DNA of 64,000 nt from the human T2T-CHM13v2.0 reference genome, Homo sapiens. Both the position numbers and the translations under genes were made by a program. Below, one piece after another: positions 42,586-64,000 of this stretch. Each line of letters starts with the position of its first letter. Within the stretch, counting starts at the first letter, position 1. The stretch lies in the NCBI RefSeq assembly GCF_009914755.1, contig NC_060940.1; one strand, written 5' to 3'. The notes under the pieces are model-generated. The model did no database searches. It had not been told where the DNA came from and was given only the letters and a program-made list of their open reading frames with translations.

Positions 42586-42884
42586 TTTTTTTTTTTTTTT
42601 TTTTTTTGACAGTCTCGCTCTGTTGCCCAGGCTGGAGGGCAGTGGCGTGATCTTGGCTCACTGCAACCTCTGCCTCCTGGGTTCAAGTGATTCTCCTGCC
42701 TCAGCCTCCTGAGTAGCTGGGATTACAGGCGCCTGCCCCCATGCCCGGCTAATTATTTGCATTTTTAGTAGAGATGGGGTTTCATCGTGTTGGCCAGGCT
42801 GGTCTCGAACTCCTGACCTCGTGATCTGCCCGCCTCGGCCTCCCAAAGTGCTGGGATTACAGGCATGAGCCACGGCACTTGGCC
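42586..42884 (-). mobile_element. AluS (Sg-like)
   Basis: Antisense dimer. Confidence 0.92.
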
Positions 42885-42951
42885 ATCTTTCTTGTTTTCT
42901 AGCAATTTTGGATTTATATGTAAAATTTGTATGTATGTATAAATATAAAAT

Positions 42952-43722
<771 letters not shown>

Positions 43723-44583
43723 TTTTTTTTTCTGTCATTTTCATCGGATTTGGAGTTATCATGGGAGACAGACACCCAGGCTCAAAAAATAAAATGGTGA
43801 GACTGGCATATAATGGCATTTCACAGGGAACAGCTATAACTTTAGCACCTGAATTTGAGCTTTAGTGCATAGACAAGTATATTTACAGTTACTTGTATTT
43901 TAACTAACATGCAATTTATTAAAGTTGTAAATCTAAAAACCTAGTTTTCCCGAGGCCTTTAACGTAACTCATGAATCATATTATTATACTTATAAATCTA
44001 GTATATCTTATCTAAAGTTATGTATATTTTTTATTTGTTCTTGTATCATTGCTAAATTGTAAATGTGACATAATAAATTCCCCTAAATATTTAACATCAC
44101 GTAAAAGCCTGCTTAATAAATTTTCCTTCAGCTTTGTCATTTTTAACCACAATTACAAATTTGAATCTCCTAAGTGCTTCAAACATCTGACAAGGCTGAC
44201 TTATAAATCCAACAAACAGAATCGCTAAGTGCTTAAACACTATTTACAAACCTAGGAAGTCTGAAATTATTTATTAATCCAGAAATTTTTAAACATTCAG
44301 TTTCAGCCTAAATAAATCAAATTCTCTTAAATATTTTTAATTAAAGTTACAAATCTTATATCAATCAAACTGTTAACTCACCATTCCGCTTAGAGCAATA
44401 GTTGTGCTTGTTGGTTTTGCTTTAAATTTGTGTCCATAAATCTCCAGTTGACCGCCCAGTACTGCCCCCTAATATATTCACTTTTCTGTTTTCCCAGGTA
44501 ACTATTATTTTGGGGGGAGGAGAAAGATAGTCATTTATTAGCCTTTTTTAAAAATTTATTTTAATTGTAGTAAAATACACATA

Positions 44584-44870
44584 GACCGGGCACAGTGGTT
44601 CACGCCTGTAATCTCACTGCTTTGGGAGGCCGAGGCAGGTGGATTGTTTGAGTCCAGGAGTTTGAGACCAGGCTGCAAAATCCTGACTCTATAAAAAAGT
44701 ACAAAAAGTAAGCTAGGTGTGCTGGTGCGTGCCTGTTATTCCCAGCTACTCAGGAGGCAGAGCCAGGAGGATCACCTGAGCCCAGGGAGATCAAGGCTGC
44801 AGTGAGCTATGATCACACCACTGCACTCCAGCCTGGGTGACAGAGTGAGACCCTGTCTCAAAAAAAAAAA
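44584..44870 (+). mobile_element. AluJ
   Basis: Sense dimer. Confidence 0.88.
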
Positions 44871-45267
44871 TGCACATAACATAATATTTGCCATCTTAAC
44901 CATTTTTAAGTGTCCTACATAACTTTTCATAACTTATTCCTCCCTAATTCTCACTTACTATTTAATTGTGAATATTAGAAGCAATTAGAAAAGAATGTTA
45001 TATTTTTTCTTCCCACTACCAGATCTACCAACCTAATTATACCTGGGCCAATCTAATCTGCTTTCTCTCCTTTTATAGTAGAGGAATTCTCCATAGACCT
45101 CCTTAGGCCAATTCCTGCATTCAAGCCTTGGATGTGATCCTATCTCTCACCTGCTCAGGGACTCTGCTCCTAACACCACCCCCATTCACTTCTCATCATC
45201 AACATTTCCCTCTACTGGATCATTTCCATCAGCATCTGGAAGTGCTATCTTTAAAAACACAAAGCAA

Positions 45268-45420
45268 GGACCAGGCACAGTGGCTAACATGTGTAATCCC
45301 AGCACTTTGGGAGGCAGAGGCAGGAGGATCATTTGAAGCCAGGAGTTAGAGACCAGCCTGGGCAACGTAGTGAGAACTTGTTTCTACAAAAACAAACAAC
45401 AACAACAAAAAACATAAAAC
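45268..45420 (+). mobile_element. FLAM
   Basis: Left monomer with (CAA)n tail. Confidence 0.85.
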
Positions 45421-45554
45421 AAAGCTTTCTCTGGCTCTCCTTCTCCCTCTAGCTACTACCTCTTTATAGGAAAAATATTTTCAAAGAGCTGTCTACCTTT
45501 GCTTCCCTCCCACCTCACGTCCTATTCTCCTATTCTCTCTTTAACCCACTCGAA

Positions 45555-46160
45555 TACAGCCCTAAGGCCTCATGCTGTAGGGAGCCCCACACTGGTCATC
45601 CTACAGCTATGCTCTCCCCTTTAGGCAAGGGATTCACAGGGCCAAACAAACATGGCTAGTCAGAAGTTGTCCCTTCACGGACTCTACTCAGAGTACCTAA
45701 AACCCTGGGATTCCCTGTCTAAATGGCCCCAAGCCAGTTCCCAGTGCCTGGGAGAGGCTGCTGCCCAGATCCAAGGGATGTGGTATGTGCCTCTCTATAC
45801 CTAAGAGATGGCTGTTTGCTGGGGTGGAGGTGGGAAGGAGTGTGTTGGTGGAGCTTAGACATTCAGCCTGGAGGGTCCATGCTTGTACATACAGATGAAG
45901 GGAAGAAAGAAAAAAAAAAAAGGGACCAGCCCTCCCCGCGCCAATTCATTCTGGAGAAGAACTCTTGGAATCAGAGAATTCTAAATTTGAAACTTGCCTT
46001 CCAAACACATATGGTGAATATGCATTTGTCAAGGTAGGAGGATAACATCTATTTTATTTAGCAGCTTGCTTGGCTGATAGCATTTAGTATTTAAACATAT
46101 GGTGTGTAGATCTCCACTTGTACTTTTGGCCCATGCCCTACAACTGCTTGAGAAACCTGT
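45555..46160 (+). mobile_element. MER45-family (hAT-Tip100) element
   Basis: 3' part GTCAAGGTAGGAGGATAACAT...AAACATATGGTGTGTAGATCTCCACTTGTACTTTTGGCCC resembles the MER45B/C end. Confidence 0.5.
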
Positions 46161-46336
46161 ATGGTGAAGGCCACAGATTCTCTTCAGTTTGCCTATCCAG
46201 TGGCCAAGTCTCAGATGTCATCTTTCTCAACCCCTCAGCAACATTCGACACAACATATTACTTTCTTCTCTCGAGTTCCAGGACACCCCACTCTTGGTTT
46301 GCCCCTATTCTTTCTCAGTCCTTTTGTTTGTTCCTA

Positions 46337-47036
<700 letters not shown>

Positions 47037-47612
47037 TCTTTCCTTGTTTGAAAGTCTCATATCTGTAAATATCATCTACAAGCTGACAACACACTTCTCG
47101 TCTCCCATAACCAGCTACCTGCTGATCATCCCCCTGTGGTTTATTGAACAGACATCTCAAAATTTACAGGTCCAAACCAGAATTCTTGATTTCCCCTCAA
47201 AACAAACCTGTCTCCCAACCTCCAATATCTTTCCCAACTGAAGAAATTCCACCACCGTCCACCTAGTTCTTTAATCCCAAACTCTAGAAGTCTTTGATTC
47301 CTTATTGTCGCCACACCCCACACACAATCCATAGTCAAGTTCCTCTGGCCCTGCCTTCCAAACATATTGCCTGGCTATTCATTTCTCTCTGTTTACACTT
47401 TCACCATCCTCTTCCAGGCCAATATCGTTTTCACCTGGACTGGGTAAGACTCCCAACTGGCCCCTCAGCTTTCATTCATTCATACCTTCCTCACTACAGA
47501 CTTTTCATCTTACAGCCACCCCCAGAGTCTTCTAAAATCATAAATCTGATCCCATGATACCCCTACTCAAAATCTACCAATGAGTTGTCTTCACATTAAA
47601 AATAAAATCTGG

Positions 47613-47914
<302 letters not shown>

Positions 47915-48189
47915 TCCAGACTTCTCAACATAGTCTGCAAGGCCCTACATCACCAGGCACTTGCTTTGTTCTAGAACTTCCTCTCACTTGCTCTGTTGCA
48001 GCCACAGTGGCTGCTTTGCAGGTACTTGAACCTACCAAGCTTGCTCTGGCCTCAGAGCCTTTATATGCTCTATTTACCATATATGCAGCTGCTTGACTTA
48101 TTCATGGTTTACTCCTTTGTAGGTTTAAGATCTCAGCTCAGAGTATTATCTCTTCAGAGAGGCCTTCAATTTAAAGTACAGTGCTTTGA

Positions 48190-49359
<1,170 letters not shown>

Positions 49360-49846
49360 TTAAGTGTTTCACACACCTTAAATATTGTAACATGCAAAAT
49401 CTACACATTATCACTAGGACTATAAAAACGAATTGCTGAACCTAATACAAGAGTATTAATATACCACAGGTATGACTTATTCGGCCATCGTCTCTATATT
49501 TGTTTTTACACTTTTCTGTGTTTGTCACATCGCTTCCCTACTAAGAAAACAGAATTGTTATCCCAGGTCAGCTGAGGTTACAAGTCCAGGAACTTCATTC
49601 GGGGATTCCAGATTACAACAAGGGATCCAGAATGTGCTCTCCAGGGTGGGGCAGCATCAGCCCCCACCTTACCAATCTTAGCCCTTTCTCATGGTTCAGT
49701 GGCACCTGGCCTGTCCATGGAAGATATCAAGCCTGTGTCTTGCCCTAGAATTTAATGTAAATTTCACAATGTAAGAATCATTTACATTTCACATTTAGCA
49801 AGTTGGAAAAAAAATCTTATTCTCCATACACTTTTTTCTTTCTTCA

Positions 49847-49950
49847 TTTGTTTTGTTGTTGTTGAGACAGGGTCTTGCTATGTTGCCCAGGCTGGTCTTG
49901 AACTCCTGCCTCAGCCTCCCAGAGCACTGGGATTACAGAAGTGAGTCACC
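49847..49950 (-). mobile_element. FLAM with internal deletion
   Basis: GAGACAGGGTCTTGCTATGTTGCCCAGG. Confidence 0.8.
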
Positions 49951-50094
49951 TTTCTTTCTTTTTCTTTCTTTCTTTTCTTTCTTTCTTTCTTTCTTTATTT
50001 CTTTTCTTTCTTTTTCTTTCTTTCTTTTTCTTTTCTTTCCTTCTTTCCTTCCTTCCTTCCTTCCTTCTTTCCTTCCTTCCTTCTTTCTTTCTTT
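49951..50094. repeat. Polypyrimidine (TTTC)n/(TTCC)n tract
   Basis: About 144 nt, almost purely C/T. Confidence 0.95.
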
Positions 50095-50159
50095 GTAATG
50101 CTGGAACTCTATACCCTTCATCTGGATTGTTTTACTTCTTATTCATAAGATTCTGCACG

Positions 50160-50472
50160 TTTATTTATTTATTTACTTATATATTTATTTGTTTATTTTT
50201 GGAGACCTGTCACCCAGGCTTGAGTGCAGTGGCTCGATCTTGGCTCACTGCAACCTCTGCCTCCCAGGTTCAAGCCATTCTTCCGCCTCAGCCTCCTGAG
50301 TAGCTGGGATTACAGGAGCCCACCACCACGCCCAGCTAATTTTTGTATTTTTAGTACAGACAGGGTTTCACCATGTTGGCCAGGCTGGTCTCAAACTCCT
50401 GACCTCAAGTAATTCGCCTGCCTTGGCCTCCCAAAGTGCTGGGATTGCAGGCACGAGCCACCACACCTGGTC
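50160..50472 (-). mobile_element. AluSx-like
   Basis: Antisense dimer; AGATTCTGCAC flanks both sides. Confidence 0.9.
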
Positions 50473-51262
50473 AGATTCTGCACCTTTTTAAAAAATTTTA
50501 CTTTCTCAATTGTCTCAGCACCCATCATAGACATCACATTTGTTGGTATTCAGGGAAAACAATTACCATTTGTGTATCTGTAAACTCCCAGAACTCTCTT
50601 ATTATTTCCGAGAGTTTTTGCATAATTCTCTGAGGTTTTACACAAAGAAAGATGATTTTGTCACCTTGTTGCCAGTAGCTGTACCTTATATTTTGGTCTC
50701 CATGGTTTTTTGTTTTATTTTTGCCTGAGCTTCCAGAAACATCATCAAATGATAGCAGTAGCTCACATCCTGCATTTTATTTCTGACTTTAAAGAGACAA
50801 TGCTGGTGTTTTATTGTTAAGGATGATGCCGTTGATCTGAGATTCTTTTATCATCCATTCCTTAATTCATTACATATTTATTGGTACCCATCCAAGTGCA
50901 TTGGATTTGGCAATATGCAGGGCACTGATCGCCTTGGGGAAAGCAGTTCCAATGGCAGGGTGCCAGCAAAAGCCAGATTGCAGTGGTTTGCAGGGAGGCA
51001 TGTGACGGAAACCGTCTTCTTTACTGCCTGCCAAGGATTTTCATCAGGAATGTGTGCTGGATTCTTTCTTAATGCCTTTTCAGCATTTATTAGTAACATT
51101 GTGGGTTGTTTTTTATACTTGACCTATTGGAATGATTTAACATATTAATATATTTTCATTCATTCATTCAAGAATTACCTAAGTGCCTATGATAAGCCAG
51201 ACACTCTTCTATTATTGTAATGTTAGATTTGTGATTTTATAAAATATTGTAGGACTTTGTGA

Positions 51263-52306
<1,044 letters not shown>

Positions 52307-52659
52307 TGAGGTTTACTTGTTCAAAGAGTACGAGCATTGATCTGACTATGACTCCATAGTTCTAGGCAAGGGGAAAATAATACAATAAATAGATTAAATG
52401 TACAATATATTAGATGGTGATCAGACCTATGGAGGGAAAGTAAGGAAGGAGGAAGGGAAATGTTATTGGAAGTGAGGGAACCACAGTTACTGTGGGAAGG
52501 AAGGTCCCATGTGGGGAGGTGCAGAGCTTTCTTAAAAGAGGACTCAGGCAGCAGTGAGAATGAGGGCGCCACAACCACACAACACAATACCAAGGAATCT
52601 CACAAATATCACATCCAATGAAAGAAGCAAGGCACGTAGAGTACATTCCATATGATGCC

Positions 52660-53677
<1,018 letters not shown>

Positions 53678-54090
53678 TTAAACTGACTGCCTTGGGAAAA
53701 CTAAAGCAATAACTATTTCTACTGTCATTTTCCTGTTTTAAAAAATCATTTCTGTCTCCCCTCTGGTTATATAAGAATAATAAACTCAGCAGACATCAAA
53801 ATACTGTTAGGACTTAGGAGGTCAAGTAAAACAAGGATAGAAATCTGTTGCCATTGGATTGGGCAACATGTAAGATCTTGATGATGTTGGTGCAAATACC
53901 TTCACTGGGGTGGAGGCAACTGATCCCAGAGTGCAGAGATTTTGGAGAAATAGGATATGAGGAACTGGAAACAGTCAATCCTCACAAATATTTCAAGTAC
54001 TTTGACTCTTAAAGTTAAGAGAGGATGTACATAGGGTTGATAATTGTTTAAGTGTTTGTGTGAATGTTTGTCATAGAAGATGAGAAAGAC

Positions 54091-55738
<1,648 letters not shown>

Positions 55739-55744
55739 TCACTA

Positions 55745-55880
55745 ATCTAATGCAACCTCTTCCTTTCTCAGGTGTGAAAACTGAGGCCCGGAGAGGTGAT
55801 GTGATTTGCCTAAAGTCATGCAACTAGTGGCAGAGCCAGGCCTAGACGCCAGGTGTCCTGGCTCTCAAGACATTCCGCTG
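55745..55880 (-). mobile_element. MIR
   Basis: CAGGTGTGAAAACTGAGGCCCGGAGAGGTGATGTGATTTGCCTAAAGTCATGCAACTAG. Confidence 0.8.
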
Positions 55881-57386
55881 CCCGAGGAATGGAACAGGTA
55901 GTATCACTCACACTGGGGGCCATGGGTCAGTCCATTCAGCCCAGAGCTGCCTGAGGTTCCAACTAAGGAAACCAGAGGAAACATCCACTCAAAATTCTGA
56001 CAAGTTGAACGGGGTTGAAATCAGAACTGGGCAAGAGAAAGGGGGCAAGGTTTGAAACTCAGACCTCACGATCCTGGGACAGAGGCCAATGTACCATCAC
56101 CCCACGTCACCTTCTGAAGGTGGATTGAGCTCTGGCCCTATCATGTCCATCTCTAAACAGCTTGGTGGTGAGTCCTCTTCCAGCCATTCTGCGACCCATG
56201 CTCTTTCTGATATGATTCACAGTGTTAGGAAAATCAATGGCCACTTGCAGAGGATGTGTGGGAGGATGGAGAAGAAGGGACACGGGGAGACCAGTTAGGA
56301 GGCCTTTGGAGAGATCCAGGAGGAAAATGAAGAGGAAGAGCTGGTAGGAGGGGTCTGCTGGATCCGTATGGCATCACCTGGGTTAGTGGTTGGTAAAGTT
56401 GGTCAGCAGTGATGGTGGAAAAGCTAGAGTAGAAATGAAATCTGCATCAAAGTGGGAAGGAAAAGAGTTTCTGCTTTTATATATGTCTACTTGCTATTTC
56501 TACTGAAGGATGTTCTTAAGCCCAGTATTGATAAAACAAAATCTACCTTTGGTACTACAAGTAAGATATACCCTATGAATTATTTGTAAACATGAGTACT
56601 AGTCATTGGTAATGTGTATTAACCCCTCTGAATATTCTGGGTTATGGTTTCTTTTTCATTCATTCGATGATTTTTTATTGAGCATCTACCATGTACCATG
56701 CATTGGTCTGGGCATTTGGAATACATCAAGTGAATTAAACAAACAAATGCCATTGAACTCCTAAAACTCAATCAGTGGCAGGTGGCCAGAGAAGCTAGTC
56801 TTTGGGAAAAACAATGGGAGAAAAAGCTAAGGAGAAAATTCTCAATTGACACGGTATTAATCAAAGTAAAAGCTGGAAAGATGTATATTGATAGGTTGGG
56901 TTTGACTGGATCCCATGGGGAAGGATTTTTCCAGGCAGGGAGAGCTGAGATAGCAGACTGATCATTTCAGAGGATCTACCTGAATCAGTGGCTATGATCG
57001 TGTGTCTCCTGACAGGACCAGATTCCTGGGGGTAAACGGCAACAAAAGAGGCTCCATAGGGAGGGGCTCTCAGCAAAGGCGGTGTGAGGAGGCTCAGATC
57101 TGGAACAGTTAAGCAGGTCATCAGACTCCAAGAAACTGAGCAATGTTGTCCGAAGGTTATCCAAAGTGGTGGTGTGGGGAGAAAGCCATGGAAAATCTGA
57201 GAGCATCTGACGCCTGTCGAGTTGTCAGGCAGGGATTGAGTAGTGGTCAGTGGGCGGAAAGCAGGGCTGTGGTCACTAAGCTGAGGTTCAAGGGACATTT
57301 CCAGCCTCTGGGAGGAGTAGGTTATATCCCATGCAAGGCATCAAATAGGGACAAAGGCACAGGAGGGGAAAAGGAAAATGACCTCA

Positions 57387-57932
<546 letters not shown>

Positions 57933-58017
57933 TTAATATATATATAACATATATATTATATATATATTATATATATATATTTTATATATATATATAAAAT
58001 ATATATATATATAAAAT
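57933..58017. repeat. (TA)n tract with 44-bp perfect palindrome 57968-58011
   Basis: TATATATATATATTTT-ATATATATATAT-AAAATATATATATATA. Confidence 0.9.
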
Positions 58018-58914
58018 CCATCCCATTCATGGGAACCCCATGGCCTGGGCTATAGAGGAAGTAGGATGCTGAGACAGGAAACAGGCAGGGCCCATCATTC
58101 CTGCCCCATGCAGAAGGAAGGAAGGAAGAAATCATGCCTATTGCTTCTTTCCTTTTGTCATCAGGAATCCCCAGGAGTGCCGTGACACTGAGGTTTCCAG
58201 AGGGTGCTTTTTCTTTAATTAACCCAGGTATTCATTCCAAAACTCAGAGAATGGTTTTCTTAGGGCTGCGGATTAGGGCAGGCATAGGGTCCTAACCTAT
58301 GTCTTAATCTTTTGCTTTATGTGGTTTCTTTCAGCTGTGACCACCCCGATCCACCATTCATTCTTAATCCAGACACCTCTTTGTACAGCTCACTCTCCAC
58401 TGCACGCTCTATTTTCTTCCATCTTCCTGGCTTCCAGCCGTACTGCTTATTCTTCTGTTTGGAGGCTAACCTAACCCATCAGACTTGAGGCTTGGCCCCG
58501 TCTTCCCTTGAGTCAACATCTTCCTCTAATAATACTTCTGTAGTGGACATTCTATCTGATTCTGTACTGTCCCTTCCACCACCCCTCCCCGCCGCCCCAT
58601 TAGTAGCAACAATACAGTGGGGAAGAATTTACAAGTCTAGGCCACACACGGACACTGATCCTATGCCGAATTTGACTTCCAAATAATGTTTCTGTCTCTG
58701 CACCACTTACTCCAGAATCTAAGTCCTGGGAGGAAGGATCTAATTGCTCAGCTTCACAGCTAACTTCTTGAACTTGGCTCCTTCAGCTTCCATAGTGGAT
58801 GATGAGATGAGAGGGGAGACAAGTGACTTAGACAGCCCTCTTGTCAGACCTAATCACAGTACATAATTCTCCCAGCAGGAACACTGGTGCAAATAAGAGG
58901 GCAGGCAATTCTAG

Positions 58915-59641
<727 letters not shown>

Positions 59642-60098
59642 TAGAATAATAACACAAACCACACACGTAATTGTAAATATTCTAGTTGCCACACTTTTAA
59701 AAGGTAAAAAGAAACAGATGAAATTAATTTTAACATTACAATTTATTGAACCTAACATTTCTAAAATATCTTCATGTCAACCTGAAATCAATATAAAAAT
59801 TTGTAATGAGATATATTCCTTACTTCCTGTTGTTATTCTAAATCTTTGACATCCAGGGTGTATTTTACACTTACAGTACAGCTGTCATTGAAAACATTTG
59901 ATCTGTATTTATAGTTACAGTTGAAAAAGTAGAACAGCATATGCAGGTTGTTCCAAAGATACTTAAATATTTTCCAAGTATCAAAAAATCACTTTCCTGT
60001 ATTATTCACTTCCACATTGGTGAAGCTAGTTCATCTTTATTGGAATAGTGGTTTGACTTTGAAGCAAAAGCATATCAGTTTTAAAACTACTTCTGTCC

Positions 60099-60931
<833 letters not shown>

Positions 60932-61802
60932 TCATGTTAAAAATATGCAGAATCATTACTATTGATTTGTATTATGAAATGTTTTCATTTCAATGTAAAT
61001 TCTTATACTTTTCCAGCTAGGTCACAGGTTTTTCTTTCTTTAGAGCTTGGAATTTATCTCATTTCATATACACTATGATATTGCTGAGAAAACTTAAGTC
61101 ACACTGCCATGTTTATCTTTGATTATTAAATATTTGGCAAGCATTCCCTTTGTTTCAAGAAAATCTTGAATTGGAATTGACAGTACAGTAAATCTTTGTA
61201 AAACTCTTCCATGACTCAACCAATGAACATTGGCGAAGACCCAAGATCACCCCATTCATTGCCTTCTATTTCTTTCAAAAATCCCATGCACTGGTGGTGA
61301 TTCACAGCATTTGTATGTATACACTGAACAGTTTTAACAACTGTACCCATGACACTTTCCATGGAGCCTGCTTCCAAAAGCAGCACAAATATTTTCAGTA
61401 TTTATCATACAGTGGGATGAAGCAATAAGGGAAACATCAGTCTCTTGTTTTGAAACTCCAATAAAACCAGATTTTTGACCAAACATAGCTGGAGGACCAT
61501 CTGGCATGATAGAAACTAATTTTTTCATATCTAAGTGAAATTTTTTTGGTCAGATGTAAAAGATGTTTTTAAAATCTATGCTACACTTTGGTAAGCCATG
61601 AATTGACAAGGTTTTTTCATAAATTTGGAAGACCTTTTTGAATAAATATACCCAGGCTATTAGTTGGGTGGTATCTCATGGCATGACTCAGCTAAATTGT
61701 GCAATTTTCCAAAATTTGAATCCATTTAGCTTTAATACGTTCTTTCATTCTATGGGCAATTGTTTGGTGGCTTAATTGCAGATTATTCACTTTCTGTAAA
61801 AT

Positions 61803-62118
61803 CTTTATTTTTATTTATTTATTCATTTATTTTGAGACAGAGTTTCCCTCTATTTCCCAGGCTGGAGTGTGGTGGTGCGGATTGACCCCACTCCAGTTTT
61901 GACCTCCCTGGGCTCAGTGATCCTCCCACCTCAGCCTCCTCCCCAGTAGCTGGGACTACAGGGGTGCACCACCACACTCAGCCATTTTTTTCTATTTTTC
62001 GTAGAGACAGGGGTTCACCATGTTGCCCAGGATGATCTCACACTCCGGTGCTCAAGCAATCTGCCCACCTTGGCCTCCCAAAGTGCTGGGATTACAGGTG
62101 TGAGCCACCACGCCAGCC
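61803..62118 (-). mobile_element. AluJ
   Basis: Antisense dimer. Confidence 0.88.
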
Positions 62119-62364
62119 TAAAATATCTTTTTAGTCTTTTCCTCATAATTTTCTAACAAAATTTTTACAACTTAAATAATTTTTTTACCATCTTTCCATT
62201 AAAAATTGTGTACATGTGTATACGCGCATGCATGCAAGAATCCTAGTCATTTTTATAGCTGGCCAAAGTTATAATCTCTAATCCTGATAAAATAAAATCT
62301 ATTTAAAAGGTTTTTGCTCAACATTTTATTCTGATTTCAACTAACTAATTTCATTGGGTTTTCT

Positions 62365-63159
62365 CATTGTGGTAAAATATACACAACATAAAATTTACTA
62401 TTTTAATCATCTGTAGGTGTACATCTCCATGGCATTAAGTACATTCACACTGCTGTGAACCATCACCACCGTCCATCTCTACAACTTTATCTTCCCACAC
62501 TGAAATTCTGACCCCATTAAACACTAACTCCCCCTTTCGCCCAGGCTGGAGTGCAGTGGTGTGATCTTGGCTCACTGCAACCTCTGCCTCCTGGGTTCAA
62601 GGGATTCTTCTGCCTCAGCCTCCTGAGTAGCTGAGATTACAGGCACGCGCCACCATGCCTGGCTAATTTTTGTATTTTTAGTAGAGATGTGTTTTCACCA
62701 TGTTGGCCAGGCTGGTCTCGAACTCCTGACCTCAAATGATCAGCTGTCTCAGCCTCCCAAAGTGCTGGGATTGCAGGCGTGAGCCACTGCACCCAGCCTA
62801 TTTTCTGTATCTATGAGTTTGACTACTCTAGGAAATTCATATGTGTAGAACCATACAGTATTTATCCTCTTTTGTTGGGCTTATTTCACTTAGCATAATG
62901 TCTTCACGGTTCATCCATATTGTAACAAGTGTCAGAATTTCCTTCTTTCTTAAGACCATATACTATCCATTCATCTGTTGATGACCATTGGGGTAATTTT
63001 CACCTTTTGGCTATTGGGAATAATGCTGCCATGAACTTGAGTGTACAAGCATCTATTTGAGTTCCTGCTTTCACTTCTTCTTGATATATACTGAGAAGTG
63101 AAATTGCTGGATCCATGGTATTTCTTTAATTTTTGAGCAATTGTACCACTTTCCACAGC

Positions 63160-63190
<31 letters not shown>

Positions 63191-63680
63191 GAGATGGAGT
63201 CTCGCTCTGTCGCCCAGGCTGGAGTGCAGTGGCACAATCTTGGCTCACTGCAACCTCCAACCCCCAGTTCAAGCGATTCTCCTGCCTCAGCCTCCCAAGT
63301 AGCTAGGACTACAGGTGCCCACCACCACGCCTGGCTAATTTTTTGTATTTTTAGTAGAGACGGGGTTTCACCGTGTTGGCCAGGATGGTCTCAATCTCCT
63401 GACCTCATGATTCACCCGCCTTGGCCTCCCAAAGTGCTGGGATTACAGGCGTGAGCCACCGCGCCCGGCCCACAGCAACCATTTTACAGTCCCACCAGCA
63501 AGGCACAAGGGTGGAAGTTTTCTAGTTTGTCTGCATCTTCACCAACACTTGTTTCCTGTGCCGTTTTGTTTTGTTGGTAATCGCCATCCTAATGGGTATG
63601 AAGTGGTATTCTGAGGTTTGGATTTGCAGTCTCCTAGTGTCAAGGGATGTTGAGCATCTTTTCATGTGCTTCGTTAGTTC
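62365..63680 (-). mobile_element. L1MA/MB-type 3' end containing AluS (62537-62798, tail-less) and AluSc (63163-63470)
   Basis: TTGTGGTAAAATATACACAACATAAAATTTAC 3' UTR; MKRCSTSL...YHFIPIRMAI ORF2 C-terminus. Confidence 0.87.
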
Positions 63681-63899
63681 TTTCTTGAATGTGGAGAAAA
63701 ACTTATCAAACTCACTATGTATTTGCTGAAAATGTCTCAATAGTTTCCACCTTATTCTCATAAAATTTTTTTTCACAACCAACATGCAGCTTTTTTGTTT
63801 CACTCTACCACAGCAAGTTGCAACTGTCATCCATCATGAAATCGGTGGCACATCTTCCTACAGTTTCTTAAGCGTTTCCCTTTTTAAAATTGACAAGCA

Positions 63900-64000
63900 G
63901 GCCGGGTGCGGTGGCTCACGGCTGTAATCTCAACACTTTGGGGGACTGAGGCGGGAGGATCGCTTGAGCCCAGGAGTTTGAAATCAGCCTGGGCAACATA
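63900..64000 (+). mobile_element. Alu left arm (runs off window)
   Basis: GGCCGGGTGCGGTGGCTCACG. Confidence 0.9.

Noticed and set aside
56861-57298. 145-aa ORF in non-Alu sequence
   Set aside because: No recognisable domain or exon structure, and no homology I can identify
57933-58017. AT palindrome as a PATRR-like fragile site
   Set aside because: Only 44 bp, and largely a trivial property of (TA)n at an Alu tail

Overview
This is human genomic DNA; the species call rests on a human-specific AluYb8-type element at 40369-40650. It is an extremely Alu-dense, repeat-dominated intronic or intergenic segment. I find no credible intact protein-coding exon: nearly all ORFs in the track are Alu, L1, LTR or microsatellite translations. 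Recognisable content: about 100 Alu copies or monomers; a nested stack of minus-strand L1 fossils (about 4.3-18.9 kb); short L1PA/L1PB 3' ends with target-site duplications (TSDs); MLT2B and MLT1 LTRs; Tigger2a, MER5A and MER45 elements; two decayed Charlie-type hAT transposases; L2/MIR relics; a 3'-truncated U2 snRNA retrocopy; and a processed ACBD7-like (acyl-CoA-binding protein) pseudogene broken by two Alus. The most unusual structures are (i) a ~97% identical 171/175-bp inverted duplication of non-Alu sequence around a head-to-head Alu fusion (23.1-23.8 kb), (ii) a tail-less internal L1 ORF2 fragment joined in register into an older L1 (14.67-15.37 kb), and (iii) the ACBD7-like retrocopy, whose 3' UTR Alu has a 27-bp TSD. 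A unique GC-rich block at 24.55-25.73 kb is the best regulatory candidate. I cannot support a claim of a wholly new biological system. Repeat subfamily names come from recalled consensus sequences, and most repeat boundaries are approximate.
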